Shown here piece after piece: positions 1-10,151 of a stretch of DNA of 64,000 nucleotides. The stretch covers positions 1 to 64,000 of the forward strand of contig CAWFOM010000003.1 in NCBI GenBank assembly GCA_963817385.1, in the 5' to 3' direction. Numbering within the stretch: the first letter of the stretch is position 1; each line of letters starts with the position of its first letter. The notes below the pieces were generated by a model. That model had not been told where the DNA came from. It was given only the letters and a program-made list of their open reading frames with translations, and ran no database searches. This DNA comes from an uncultured delta proteobacterium. Lineage in GTDB: Bacteria; Desulfobacterota; Syntrophia; Syntrophales; UBA5619. The position numbers and the translations under genes were made by a program.

Positions 1-969
1 CCAGACGGCGATCCCATCCGGGGCAGTCCGGACGCCGGTCATGTGGGTGACCTCTTCGGGGTTGCGCTCCTCGATGGGGATCTCGCCGCCGTCGGGAAGC
101 GACGGATCGATCGTGGAGAGGGGAGCGGCGATGTAGAAAGGCAACCCGTGCGCCCGCGCAAGGACGGCCAGGGAATACGTACCGATCTTGTTGGCCGCGT
201 CGCCGTTGGCGGCGATCCGGTCCGCGCCGACGATGACCAGATCGACCTGCCCGCGCTGCATGAGAAAGCCCGCCATGTTGTCCGCGATCAGCGTGCAGGG
301 GATCCCCTCCCGCATGAGCTCCCATGCGGTCAGTCGCGCCCCCTGGAGGACGGGGCGGGTTTCATCGACATAGACTTGGAGCTTCCTGCCCGCCTCGCGG
401 GCCGCCCGGATGACCCCCAGCGCCGTCCCGTAACCGGCGGTGGCGAGCGCACCGGCATTGCAGTGGGTAAGTATCCGGGCGCCGTCCGGGATCAGTGCGG
501 CGCCGTGCCGCCCGAGCCGGCGGTTGATCGCGATGTCCTCCTCGCCGATCCGGACGGCCTCGGCAACCAGGAGCTCCCGGACACCTCGACAGGGATCGCG
601 ATCGGAGGATGCCCGTGCGTCCGCGACGGGATTCAGGGCCGCATCGCAGAGCCGCCGCATCCGCTCGATCGCCCAGAAGAGGTTCCGGGCCGTCGGGCGC
701 GTGGCCGCGAATCGGCCGCAGATTTCCTCAAAAGCGATACGAAAGGTTTCGCGGGTGGTGGCTTCGCAGGAAAGGGCGCCGAGGGCGATCCCCATCGCCG
801 CGGCAACCCCGATGGCGGGGGCGCCCCGGATGGTGAGATCGTTGATCGCCGCGATGACCTGACGGTAGTCTCTGCAGGTGATGTACCGCTCCTCAAGCGG
901 GAGGGCTCGCTGGTCGATCAAGACGATGGCGCCGTCTTGCCAGAAAATGGTTCGGATCTCTTGTTCCAT
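1..969 (-). CDS. mtnA: S-methyl-5-thioribose-1-phosphate isomerase (runs off the window edge; absent from ORF track)
   Basis: Manual minus-strand translation from ATG at 969: [24 protein letters not shown]...[14 protein letters not shown], later [18 protein letters not shown] and [17 protein letters not shown]. Confidence 0.93.
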   Translation of the reverse strand, partial: MEQEIRTIFWQDGAIVLIDQRALPLEERYITCRDYRQVIAAINDLTIRGAPAIGVAAAMGIALGALSCEATTRETFRIAFEEICGRFAATRPTARNLFWAIERMRRLCDAALNPVADARASSDRDPCRGVRELLVAEAVRIGEEDIAINRRLGRHGAALIPDGARILTHCNAGALATAGYGTALGVIRAAREAGRKLQVYVDETRPVLQGARLTAWELMREGIPCTLIADNMAGFLMQRGQVDLVIVGADRIAANGDAANKIGTYSLAVLARAHGLPFYIAAPLSTIDPSLPDGGEIPIEERNPEEVTHMTGVRTAPDGIAVW

Positions 970-1071
970 GCCGACTCTTCTCTGCAGGACACCTGCCGCT
1001 CGCCCACCATTACCTGCCGGGGCAAGTGACCTTCTCCCGCTTCTTACGGGTGCCGCCGCTTTCTTCCGCAA

Positions 1072-2505
1072 TTAGTCGCCCGCCAGCATTTTCTTCAGGA
1101 GATCGTTGATGAGCTGGGGGTTGGCCTTCCCCTGGGTCGCCTTCATCACCTGCCCGACGAAGAAACCGAAGACCTTCTCCTTGCCGGCCCGGTACTGGGC
1201 AAGCTGCTCGGGGTTCTTCCCGATGACCCCGGTGATCGCCTCGGTCAGGGCGCCCTCGTCCGTAATCTGGACCAGCCCCTTCTCCTTGATGATCGTCTCC
1301 GGGGAGTTGCCGGTCCGGTACATCGCCTCGACCACCTCCTTGGCCATCTTCCCGCTGATCGTCCCGGCCTGGATGAGCTTGATCATCCCGGCCAGCGCCG
1401 CCGGCGTGATCGGGCAGTCGCGGATCTCTTTCTTATCCTCGTTGAGGAAGCGCAGAACGTCCCCCATCACCCAGTTGCTGGCGATCTTCGGCTCGCCGGA
1501 GAGACGGACGACCTCCTCGTAGTAGTCGGAAAGCGGCCGGCTCGCGGTAAGGACGCCGGCATCGTAGGCGGGGATCTGGTAGTCGCGGACGAACCGCTCC
1601 CGCTTCTCCAGGGGGAGCTCCGGCAGGGTTGTTCGGACCGACTCGATCCAGGCGTCGTCGATCACCACCGGGACGAGGTCGGGATCGGGGAAGTAGCGGT
1701 AGTCATGCGCCTCCTCCTTGCTCCGCATGGAGTGGCTTACCCCTGCCGTATCGTCCCACAGGCGGGTCTCCTGGACCACCTGACCGCCCCCCTCGAAGAC
1801 GTACTGCTGGCGTTTGATCTCGTATTCGAGCGCACGCTGGACGTTCCGAAACGAGTTCATGTTCTTGAGCTCAGCCCGCGTCCCGAAGGCCTCAGTCCCC
1901 GCAGGGCGCAAAGAGACGTTCGCGTCGCAGCGGAAGCTCCCTTCCTCCATGTTCCCGTCGCAGATCTCGAGATAGACGAGGATCTCGTGCAGACGCCGGA
2001 GGTAGGCCGCCGCCTCTTCAGCGCCGCGGATGTCCGGCTCGCTGACGATCTCGATGAGCGGAACCCCCGTCCGGTTGAGATCGATGCAACTCACGGGGTT
2101 ATACTCGTCATGCATCAGCTTGCCCGCGTCCTCCTCCATGTGGATCCGGGTAATTCCGATTTTCTTCTTCCCGCCGTTGAGCTCCACCTCGATCCAGCCA
2201 TGCTCGGCGGGCGGATGGGCGTACTGGGAGATCTGGTACCCCTTGGGGAGGTCGGGATAGAAGTAGTTCTTCCGGGCGAAGTCGCACTCCCGGTTGATCC
2301 GGCAGTTGGTCGCCAGGGCCATCTTCATCATGAACTCCACTACCTTTTTATTGAGGACGGGGAGCACCCCGGGCATCCCGAGGCAGATGGGACAGGTGTG
2401 GGTGTTGGGCGGCGCCCCGAACTTCGCGGAGCAGCCGCAGAATATCTTCGCCTCCGTGAGGAGCTGGGCATGGACCTCCAGCCCGATGACCGGTTCGTAT
2501 TCCAT
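1072..2505 (-). CDS. gatB: Asp/Glu-tRNA amidotransferase subunit B
   Basis: [49 protein letters not shown]. True start overlaps the gatA stop (TAATG); the ORF-track extension to 3468 is spurious. Confidence 0.97.
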   Translation of the reverse strand: MEYEPVIGLEVHAQLLTEAKIFCGCSAKFGAPPNTHTCPICLGMPGVLPVLNKKVVEFMMKMALATNCRINRECDFARKNYFYPDLPKGYQISQYAHPPAEHGWIEVELNGGKKKIGITRIHMEEDAGKLMHDEYNPVSCIDLNRTGVPLIEIVSEPDIRGAEEAAAYLRRLHEILVYLEICDGNMEEGSFRCDANVSLRPAGTEAFGTRAELKNMNSFRNVQRALEYEIKRQQYVFEGGGQVVQETRLWDDTAGVSHSMRSKEEAHDYRYFPDPDLVPVVIDDAWIESVRTTLPELPLEKRERFVRDYQIPAYDAGVLTASRPLSDYYEEVVRLSGEPKIASNWVMGDVLRFLNEDKKEIRDCPITPAALAGMIKLIQAGTISGKMAKEVVEAMYRTGNSPETIIKEKGLVQITDEGALTEAITGVIGKNPEQLAQYRAGKEKVFGFFVGQVMKATQGKANPQLINDLLKKMLAGD

Positions 2506-3962
2506 TACAGAGAAGGTCTCCTTTTCTCGATATTTGCGTGTTTCTCGTAGGCCGAGGCGATCTGGATCAGACGCCCCTCCTGGAAGTGGCCCGCCAGGAA
2601 CTGGAGCCCGATGGGAAGCCCGCCCGCGGTGAAGCCACAGGGGACGGAGATCCCCGGGATCCCGGCAAGGTTGGTCGAGATCGTGAAGATGTCGGAGAGG
2701 TACATCTGCATCGGATCGTCGGTCTTCTCGCCGACCCGAAAGGCCGGCGTCGGTGCCGTCGGGGTGAGGAGGGCGTCGCATTCCGTGAAGACTCGATCGA
2801 AGTCCCGCTTGATCAGCGCCCGGACCTGGGAAGCCTTCTTGTAGTAGGCGTCGTAGTAGCCCGATGAGAGGGCGTAGGTCCCGATCATGATCCTCCGTTT
2901 CACCTCGGCACCGAAGCCCGCGGAGCGGGTCTTCTTGTACATATCGAGGAGATCGCGGTTCTCCTCCGACCGGAAACCGTATTTCACGCCGTCGTAGCGG
3001 GCGAGGTTCGAACTCGCCTCCGCCGGGGCAATGACGTAGTAGACGGCCAGGCAGTACTCGGTGTGGGGGAGCGAGACCTCGACGCACCGCGCCCCGGCCT
3101 GCTCCACGACCGTTATCGCCCGGCGGACCGCCGCCTCCACCTCCGGATCGATCCCGGCGATGAAGTACTCCTTCGGGATGCCCACGGTCCATCCTTCGAT
3201 CCCCCGCCCGAGGAACTCGCGGTAATCGGGGACCTGCTCCGGCACCGACGTCGATTCCCGCGGGTCGTAGCCGGCGATGACGTTCATCAGGATGGCGGCG
3301 TCCTCTACATCCTTGGTGAAGGGGCCGATCTGGTCCAGCGACGAGGCGAAGGCGATCAGGCCGAAGCGGGAGACCCGTCCGTAGGTCGGCTTCATGCCCA
3401 CGACGCCGCAGAGGGCCGCCGGCTGGCGGATGGAGCCGCCCGTGTCGGAACCGAGGGCGGCGATGCACTCGTCGGCGGCCACCGCAGCCGCGGAGCCGCC
3501 GCTCGATCCGCCGGGAATCCTCTCGAGATCCCAGGGGTTTCGGGTTGCACCAAAGAAGGAGGTCTCCGTCGAAGAGCCCATCGCAAATTCGTCCATATTC
3601 GTTTTCCCGGTGAAGACCGCGCCCGCCGCCCGGAGCTTCTCCACGACCGTTGCGTCATAGGGGGGGATGAAATTGTGGAGGATCCGGGAGCCGCAGGTGG
3701 TCCGAACCCCCTTCGTGCAGTAGATGTCCTTGAGGGCGAGGGGAATGCCCGTGAGCGCCCCGATCTCCCCTTTTTTGATCTTCTCATCCGCCCCGGCCGC
3801 CTCCGCAAGGGCTGATTCCCGCATCAGGGTGATGTAGGCGCGGACATCCTTCTCCACGGAGTCGATCCGCCCGAAGACCGAGGCGGTGATCTCGGCGGAG
3901 GTCGTCTCCCCCGCCCGGAGTTTATCCATGAGCGCGTGTATGGTTAATTCGTATAATTCCAT
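2505..3962 (-). CDS. gatA: Asp/Glu-tRNA amidotransferase subunit A
   Basis: Amidase signature [42 protein letters not shown]. Confidence 0.97.
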   Translation of the reverse strand: MELYELTIHALMDKLRAGETTSAEITASVFGRIDSVEKDVRAYITLMRESALAEAAGADEKIKKGEIGALTGIPLALKDIYCTKGVRTTCGSRILHNFIPPYDATVVEKLRAAGAVFTGKTNMDEFAMGSSTETSFFGATRNPWDLERIPGGSSGGSAAAVAADECIAALGSDTGGSIRQPAALCGVVGMKPTYGRVSRFGLIAFASSLDQIGPFTKDVEDAAILMNVIAGYDPRESTSVPEQVPDYREFLGRGIEGWTVGIPKEYFIAGIDPEVEAAVRRAITVVEQAGARCVEVSLPHTEYCLAVYYVIAPAEASSNLARYDGVKYGFRSEENRDLLDMYKKTRSAGFGAEVKRRIMIGTYALSSGYYDAYYKKASQVRALIKRDFDRVFTECDALLTPTAPTPAFRVGEKTDDPMQMYLSDIFTISTNLAGIPGISVPCGFTAGGLPIGLQFLAGHFQEGRLIQIASAYEKHANIEKRRPSL

Positions 3963-3969
3963 AGTTCCT

Positions 3970-4266
3970 CTATTCGATTACCTTCGGGACCTCAAAGCAA
4001 CTCCCCCGCACAGCCGGCGCGTTGGCCAGGGAGATCTCTCCGGGAAGGGACACATCGACCGTATCGCTGCGAAAGGCGTTCTTCTGCGCGATGGCATGGG
4101 TCATCGGCTCGACGCCGGTCGTGTCGACCTCGTTCAACTTTTCCATGTACAGAAGGATGTCGTTGAGTTGCGACGTGAACCGCCCCATCTCCTCCTCGCC
4201 GAAAGAAAGCCTCGCCAGATGGGCCACGTAGGCCACTTCATCCTTGGTTATCTTGATCTTTTCCAC
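3970..4266 (-). CDS. gatC: Asp/Glu-tRNA amidotransferase subunit C
   Basis: VAHLARL...[14 protein letters not shown]...[17 protein letters not shown] before the GTG at 4266. Confidence 0.93.
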   Translation of the reverse strand: MEKIKITKDEVAYVAHLARLSFGEEEMGRFTSQLNDILLYMEKLNEVDTTGVEPMTHAIAQKNAFRSDTVDVSLPGEISLANAPAVRGSCFEVPKVIE

Positions 4267-4281
4267 TGAAATCACCTCGTT

Positions 4282-5337
4282 TCACAGGACCGGCCAGTAG
4301 GGCTCGAACTGTGCCCGCAGCCGTCCGATCAACAGCTCCGCCGTCTCATCCGTCTCGGCGGCCATCCGGATCAACATCTCCTCCGTCACCCGGGTCTCCC
4401 CTAACAGCTCAAGCAGGACGGCCCGGACGGACTTCGCCAGACCCTGGATATTATACCCCCCTTCGAGGATCGCGACCAGTCGGCCGCCGCAGCACTCCTC
4501 AGCCAGATCGAGGAGGACCCGGGCAAGACATGCAAAGCCTTCCGGCGTCACCCGCATCTCTCCCAGGGGATCGCCGACGTAGGGGTCGAACCCCGCCGAA
4601 ACCAGGATGATCTCCGGCCGAAACGCCAGGACGACGGGCGACAGGATGTCACGAAACACACGGACATACACGGCATTGTCCGCACCGGCCTTCAGCGGGC
4701 AATTGAGCGTGTAGCCGAGCCCGGCTCCCCGCCCCATCTCCGACATGCCGCCGGTACCGGGATAGCCGGGCGACTGGTGGGTTGAAAAGTAGAGGACTTG
4801 CGGATCCTCGTAAAAGGCCTCCTGGGTCCCGTTGCCGTGATGGAGGTCCCAATCGACAATCAGGATCCGCTCCAGCTTGTGCCGGGCCAGGGCATGACGC
4901 GCCCCGATAGCAATGTTGTTAAAGATGCAGAACCCCGCCGCCGTAGCCGCCTGAGCATGGTGGCCCGGCGGCCGGACCAGAGCAAAGGCGTTGTCCGCCT
5001 CCCCGGCAACCACACTGTCGATGGCATTCATGACGCCGCCGGCGGCAAGCCGTGCGACATCGTACGTCTCGGCCGTGGTCATCGTATCGGGATCGAGCAT
5101 GTAGATGGATTGCCCGGCCGTGGCGGCGATGGTGTCGATGTACGCCGGCAGGTGGACCCGCTCCAGCTCTTTGCGCGTTGCTGTGCGTGCGTCAATCCCG
5201 ATAAACTTCCACACCATGTCGGGATTGTCCAGCATCTCGTATATCGATGCCAGCCGTTGAGGCGTCTCGGGGTGGGAAAATTCGGTGCCGTGCCGTAAAT
5301 ACCGCCAGTCCTTTACAATCCCCGTATTCTTCGACAT
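4282..5337 (-). CDS. Histone deacetylase / acetylpolyamine amidohydrolase family Zn hydrolase
   Basis: HPETPQRL, RPPGHHA, GFCIFNN, VDWDLHHGNGTQ, SAGFD, LEGGY; likely start MSKNTGIV. Confidence 0.92.
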   Translation of the reverse strand: MSKNTGIVKDWRYLRHGTEFSHPETPQRLASIYEMLDNPDMVWKFIGIDARTATRKELERVHLPAYIDTIAATAGQSIYMLDPDTMTTAETYDVARLAAGGVMNAIDSVVAGEADNAFALVRPPGHHAQAATAAGFCIFNNIAIGARHALARHKLERILIVDWDLHHGNGTQEAFYEDPQVLYFSTHQSPGYPGTGGMSEMGRGAGLGYTLNCPLKAGADNAVYVRVFRDILSPVVLAFRPEIILVSAGFDPYVGDPLGEMRVTPEGFACLARVLLDLAEECCGGRLVAILEGGYNIQGLAKSVRAVLLELLGETRVTEEMLIRMAAETDETAELLIGRLRAQFEPYWPVL

Positions 5338-5455
5338 CGGCAACCTTTCCCTGGGGTCATCTTCCGCTTCGGATTGGGGATCGTTTGTACCATAAAAGCC
5401 CTTAAATTGCAAAAGATTTAAAAGATTTTGCAGCCGGAGGTCATGCGGAAAAGCA

Positions 5456-5485
5456 TTGACAAACATTTCCGACTGCGGGTATAAC
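5456..5485 (+). promoter_or_regulatory. Putative sigma70 promoter for the tat-PBP1A operon
   Basis: TTGACA-18 bp-TATAAC about 55 bp upstream of the tat start. Confidence 0.55.
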
Positions 5486-5541
5486 CACCGCGTAAGGGGA
5501 TGGGCGAACGTTCGGCCCGCTTGGAAGGAAAAGGTGAGATC

Positions 5542-5856
5542 ATGTTTGGTATCGGGATGCCGGAGCTGCTGGTGATCGCGGTGATCGCGCTGCTCGTGGT
5601 GGGCCCCAAGAAACTGCCCGATATTGCGAAGGCTCTGGGAAAGGGCCTCTCCGAATTTCGAAAGGTGACCGAAGAAGCTACCGATACGATCAAGGAGACG
5701 CTCAAGACGGACGAGATAAAGAAAGACATGGAAAGCCTTAAAGATTCACTGCTCTCCGGCACGGAGGAAGAGAAGAAAGACCCGGCCCCGCCCGCTGCAT
5801 CCGTGCCCGCGGATCATAACGCCCCGAAAACGGCCGACCCCAAACCCCAGGCCTGA
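5542..5856 (+). CDS. tatB: Twin-arginine translocase TatA/TatB family subunit
   Basis: MFGIGMPELLVIAVIALLVVGPKKLPDIAKALGKGLSEFRK; directly upstream of tatC. Confidence 0.85.
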   Translation: MFGIGMPELLVIAVIALLVVGPKKLPDIAKALGKGLSEFRKVTEEATDTIKETLKTDEIKKDMESLKDSLLSGTEEEKKDPAPPAASVPADHNAPKTADPKPQA

Positions 5857-5886
5857 CGCCTCACAGGAACCCCGGCACGACATCCC

Positions 5887-6678
5887 ATGGAAAATAACAA
5901 ATCCGAAGCAGAATCAATGTCCCTGACCGCTCACCTGGAAGAGCTCAAAACGAGACTAATCCGCGTTCTCATTGTCGTCGGCGTCGGTTTCGGTGTCTGT
6001 TATATGTTCAAAGACTGGTCTTTTCGGGTGATCACCAAACCCCTGGTCGACGCCATGCCCGCCCAAAGCTCAATGATCTTTACGGGGCTCCCGGAGGCCT
6101 TCTTCATCCATATGAAGATCGCCTTTTTCGCATCTTTGCTGCTCACCGCCCCCTATACCCTGTTTGAAATCTGGCGATTCGTCTCCCCGGGGCTTTACCG
6201 GGACGAGAAAAAATACGTCCTTCCGTTCCTGTTCTTCTCAACACTCCTGTTCGGCAGCGGCGTTTTGTTCGGTTACTATATCGCCCTGCCCCCGGCCTTC
6301 GAATTTTTTGTCAGTTTTTCGACGGACTTCCTCAAGCCGATGATCTCCTTTCGCGAGTATCTCAGCCTGACGCTCAAGTTCCTTTTGGCCTTCGGCCTCT
6401 GCTTCGAGATGCCGGTCTTCATGTTCTTCCTGGCGAAGATAGGCATCGTCAACGCGAAGATGCTTGCAAAGCAGCGACGGTACGCAATTCTGATCATCTT
6501 CATCGCCGCCGCCATCCTGACCCCCTCCCCCGACGCCCTGAGCCAGATCATCATGGCGATCCCGCTGATGGTTCTGTACGAGGTGAGCATTGTTGTGGCA
6601 AGATTCGCCCGCCGGAACAAGCCCGCACCGGAAGAAACCGCGAGAACCGAAGAAGAGATGGAAACCAAGACCCCATGA
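5887..6678 (+). CDS. tatC: Twin-arginine translocase subunit TatC
   Basis: HLEELKTRL, FVSPGLY, FGLCFEMP, ILTPSPDALSQ, multiple TM segments. Confidence 0.95.
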   Translation: MENNKSEAESMSLTAHLEELKTRLIRVLIVVGVGFGVCYMFKDWSFRVITKPLVDAMPAQSSMIFTGLPEAFFIHMKIAFFASLLLTAPYTLFEIWRFVSPGLYRDEKKYVLPFLFFSTLLFGSGVLFGYYIALPPAFEFFVSFSTDFLKPMISFREYLSLTLKFLLAFGLCFEMPVFMFFLAKIGIVNAKMLAKQRRYAILIIFIAAAILTPSPDALSQIIMAIPLMVLYEVSIVVARFARRNKPAPEETARTEEEMETKTP

Positions 6679-8732
6679 CCCCTGTCAAGCGTGTTGCCCG
6701 GCGCAGGAAAACGTCCTCGCGACGCTCCGTGCTGGGGATCATCATCGTCACGATCATCGTCATCTTTGTCGGCGCGGCCCTGGCCGGGAGCAGCCTGCTC
6801 TATTATCTCCTCCTCAAAGAACTCCCCAGCATCGCCGCACTGAAGGACTACCGCCCCAGCATAACGACCCGGGTCTATGCGGATAACAACGAACTCATCG
6901 ACGAATTCTTCCTTGAAGACCGGAAGGTGATCAAATACGAAGATATCCCGAAGATGGTGATCCAGGCCTTCGTCGCCGCCGAGGACGCCCGCTTTTTCCA
7001 GCACAAAGGATTCGACATGCAGAGCATGTCCCGGGCTTTCTTCAAGAATCTCGAAGCAGGGAGGATCGTGCAGGGGGGGAGCACCATCACCCAACAGGTG
7101 GCCAAAGCCCTCTACCTCTCCCCCGAAAAAAGCTACCTCAGGAAACTCAGGGAGGCCCTGCTCGCCTACAAGATCGACACGTATCTGTCGAAAGAGGAGA
7201 TCATCACCCTCTATCTCAATCATATCTATCTCGGTCACGGCACCTACGGAATCGCAGCCGCTTCCCAGGGATATTTCGGGAAGAGCGCGAGCGACCTGAC
7301 GCTTGCGGAGGCGGCCATGCTGGCCGGTCTTCCCAAGGCCCCCAGCAACTACTCCCCCTACCTCCACCCGGACAAGGCCTACCAGCGACAGAACTACGTC
7401 CTCACCCGTATGCTGGAGGACGGCTACATCACCCAGGCACAGAAGGAGAAGGCGCTCTCCAGATCGCTCCGGTTCCGTTCGATCAAACCAAAGGACAAGA
7501 TCGCCCCGTATTTTATCGAAAACATCCGCCGCTACATTCAGGAGAAATACGGCAGTGATGTCCTCTACAAGGAGGGGCTCGAGGTCTACACGACGCTGAA
7601 CATCCAAATGCAGAAAGCGGCGCGCGATGCGGTGGAACAGGGTCTCAAAGAGATGGAGGAACGCGAGAAGTATGAAAAAGGGCTTGTCCAGGGGGCCCTG
7701 TTTGCGATGGATTCCAAAAGCGGCGCCATCCGGGCGATGGTCGGGGGGCGCGACTTCAACCGGAGCGAATTCAACCGCGCAACCCAGTCCCGGCGCCAAG
7801 CCGGTTCGGCATTCAAGCCGCTCATCTACACGGCGGCCTTCGACAAGGGGATGACCCCCGCAACGGTGATCGTGGACGCCCCCATCATCTACCCGGATCC
7901 CTCCAGCCCCGACGGTGTCTGGAAGCCGAAGAATTTCGACGAGAAATTCCTCGGGCCGACGACGCTTCACAATGCCTTGATCCATTCGCGCAATATCATC
8001 ACGATCAAGATCCTCGAGGAGATCGGCGTGGATTACGCCGCTTCATATGCAATCAACATGGGGATTACCTCCCCCCTCTCGAAGAATCTCTCCATGGCCC
8101 TGGGCACCTCCGGCGTCACGCTCCAGGAACTGGTCCGGGCCTACGGCGTCCTGGCCAATGAGGGGAAGCGGGTACAGCCGGTCTTCATCAAGAAGATCGT
8201 CGACCGGACCGGCCATGTCTTCGAGGAGATGCAGCCGAAGGTAGAGCAGGTCATCGACCCGCGGATCGCCTTCATGACGAGTTACGTCATGCAGGACGTG
8301 GTCGAAAGCGGAACGGGGCAACGGGTGAAGCGACTCGGCCGGCCGGTCGCCGGGAAGACCGGAACGACGGACGACACGCGCGACGCCTGGTTCTTGGGAT
8401 TTACCCCGTCCTTGGTCGCCGGCGTCTGGGTGGGGTTCGATCAGGAGAGATCCCTCGGCAGACAGGAGGTCGGCGGCCGCGCCGCAGCACCGATCTGGCT
8501 CTATTTTGCAGAGAAGGCCCTCGAGGGGATGCCGGTCGAGGTGTTCCCCATCCCGGAAGGGATCGTCTTTACCAAGGTGGATTCAAAGACCGGCGCCCCG
8601 GCCAAGCCCTCGACCAAAGGGGCGATTTTTGAATGTTTCCTCGAAGGCACCACCCCGGAGAACGCAAAAACCATCGATCCTTCAAGCCTCCCCGAAGGGG
8701 CCTTCAAGTTCGACATGGACCCCAACTTCTGA
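6675..8732 (+). CDS. mrcA: Class A penicillin-binding protein (PBP1A family)
   Basis: Transglycosylase EDARFFQH, GGSTITQQ, RKLRE; transpeptidase SAFK, SRN, KTGT. Confidence 0.9.
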   Translation: MTPVKRVARRRKTSSRRSVLGIIIVTIIVIFVGAALAGSSLLYYLLLKELPSIAALKDYRPSITTRVYADNNELIDEFFLEDRKVIKYEDIPKMVIQAFVAAEDARFFQHKGFDMQSMSRAFFKNLEAGRIVQGGSTITQQVAKALYLSPEKSYLRKLREALLAYKIDTYLSKEEIITLYLNHIYLGHGTYGIAAASQGYFGKSASDLTLAEAAMLAGLPKAPSNYSPYLHPDKAYQRQNYVLTRMLEDGYITQAQKEKALSRSLRFRSIKPKDKIAPYFIENIRRYIQEKYGSDVLYKEGLEVYTTLNIQMQKAARDAVEQGLKEMEEREKYEKGLVQGALFAMDSKSGAIRAMVGGRDFNRSEFNRATQSRRQAGSAFKPLIYTAAFDKGMTPATVIVDAPIIYPDPSSPDGVWKPKNFDEKFLGPTTLHNALIHSRNIITIKILEEIGVDYAASYAINMGITSPLSKNLSMALGTSGVTLQELVRAYGVLANEGKRVQPVFIKKIVDRTGHVFEEMQPKVEQVIDPRIAFMTSYVMQDVVESGTGQRVKRLGRPVAGKTGTTDDTRDAWFLGFTPSLVAGVWVGFDQERSLGRQEVGGRAAAPIWLYFAEKALEGMPVEVFPIPEGIVFTKVDSKTGAPAKPSTKGAIFECFLEGTTPENAKTIDPSSLPEGAFKFDMDPNF

Positions 8733-8935
8733 AAACCCGGCAGGATGACTTTTTGCGCGACCAGGGAATGCTGCGCTAGCTGCCGTCTCCGCCAGGCCGG
8801 AAGGGCCTCCCCGTTGAGGGGAAAGCCGCTCCGGGCTTCACCCGCCGCTCATCTGCCATCAACCGTTCAGTGCGGACGATGCCTCGTGATCGGCGACACA
8901 GCGGATATCAGATATTTGCATACGAAGGGAGTCGT

Positions 8936-9994
8936 ATGAATCAACCGTTACGCGTCAATCCACTCCGCCTGATCGAGTTCGCCACGGAGGTGTACCGGGG
9001 TGCCGGCGTCCCCGAGGCGGATGCCCGTCTGATTGCCGATACGCTGGTGCAGGCGGACCTGTGGGGGCATCAGTCCCACGGGGTATTGCGCCTCGGCTGG
9101 TATCTGGACCGGCTGCGCAATGGCGTGATGCGGCCGGTGACTCAGCCTGAATTCGTGGTGGATGCGGGTGCGATAGCGCTGATCGACGGTCACGACGGAG
9201 TGGGCCACGTGCTGACGGCGTTGGCGGCGCAAGAAGCGATCCGCCGCGCCAAGGCGCACGGCGTGGCGGCGGTCGGCGTGCGCCATTCCAACCATTTCGG
9301 CACGTGCATGTACTACACCCGCATGGGCGCAGAGCAGGGATGCATCATGATGCTGGCGACGAACGGCGGACCGGCGATGGCCCCGTGGGGCGGGCGCAAG
9401 AAGATCATCGGCACCAACCCGTGGTCCGTCGCGGCACCGGCGGGGTGCCACCCGCCGCTGCTGGTGGATATGGCGAATACGGGCGTCGCCCGGGGCAAGA
9501 TCTATCTCGCCCGCCAGAGGCGCGAGTCGATTCCGCTCGGCTGGGCCATCAACGCAGCCGGCGAGCCGACGACCGATCCGCAGGAGGCGATCGACGGCTT
9601 CATCCTGCCCATGGCGGAGCACAAGGGATATGCGATCGCGACGATGATCGACATGCTCTCCGGGGTGCTTACGGGCAGCGGTTTTCTGTCGGCGGTGCAC
9701 AGCCCGTACAAGACCGCGGAAAAAAGCGATTGCGGCCACTTCCTGATTGCCGTGAACATCGAGGCATTCCAGCCGCTGGCCGAATTCAACGCCCGCATGG
9801 AGCGGTTCATCGGCGAGATCAAGGCCGTGCCGCCCGCCCAGGGCTTCACCGAAGTGTTCTACCCGGGCGAGCGGGAGGCGAGGAACGATATAAAAAACCG
9901 CACCGCGGGGTTGCAGCTCCCGCAGGACACGTTAACCGACCTGACGCGGATCGCCGGCGAAACGGGCCTGGAAGCCAAGCTGCCATGGGCGTGA
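8936..9994 (+). CDS. Ldh_2 family oxidoreductase (malate/L-lactate/ureidoglycolate dehydrogenase type)
   Basis: ADLWGHQSHG, SNHFG, GTNPWS, DMANT, HKGYA, YPGERE. Confidence 0.9.
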   Translation: MNQPLRVNPLRLIEFATEVYRGAGVPEADARLIADTLVQADLWGHQSHGVLRLGWYLDRLRNGVMRPVTQPEFVVDAGAIALIDGHDGVGHVLTALAAQEAIRRAKAHGVAAVGVRHSNHFGTCMYYTRMGAEQGCIMMLATNGGPAMAPWGGRKKIIGTNPWSVAAPAGCHPPLLVDMANTGVARGKIYLARQRRESIPLGWAINAAGEPTTDPQEAIDGFILPMAEHKGYAIATMIDMLSGVLTGSGFLSAVHSPYKTAEKSDCGHFLIAVNIEAFQPLAEFNARMERFIGEIKAVPPAQGFTEVFYPGEREARNDIKNRTAGLQLPQDTLTDLTRIAGETGLEAKLPWA

Positions 9995-10151
9995 GCCCAT
10001 TCCGCACTACCCGCGGCTCGACAGGCTGGGTTCTCATGACGGATCAGCTTGACGAGCGGATCAACGTCCGAGTCCACCTGTCCCTGCCCTTCGTACACGC
10101 GATCTCCCCGTAGCCGCACGCCCGGCGCTTGGTGCTCTCCCGGGTCTTGAT

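Noticed and set aside
43..1029. 328-aa plus-strand ORF and many similar long antisense ORFs (e.g. 6276-7985, 18362-20137, 48150-49658, 55293-57248)
   Set aside because: They are shadows of recognisable genes on the opposite strand in GC-rich DNA and carry no protein motifs.
2506..3468. 798-aa GatB with a long N-terminal extension
   Set aside because: The extension is an off-frame overlap with gatA; the real start is at 2505.
8733..8935. GC-rich spacer after PBP1A as a riboswitch or repeat
   Set aside because: Only weak hairpins, no second copy in the window and no recognisable consensus.
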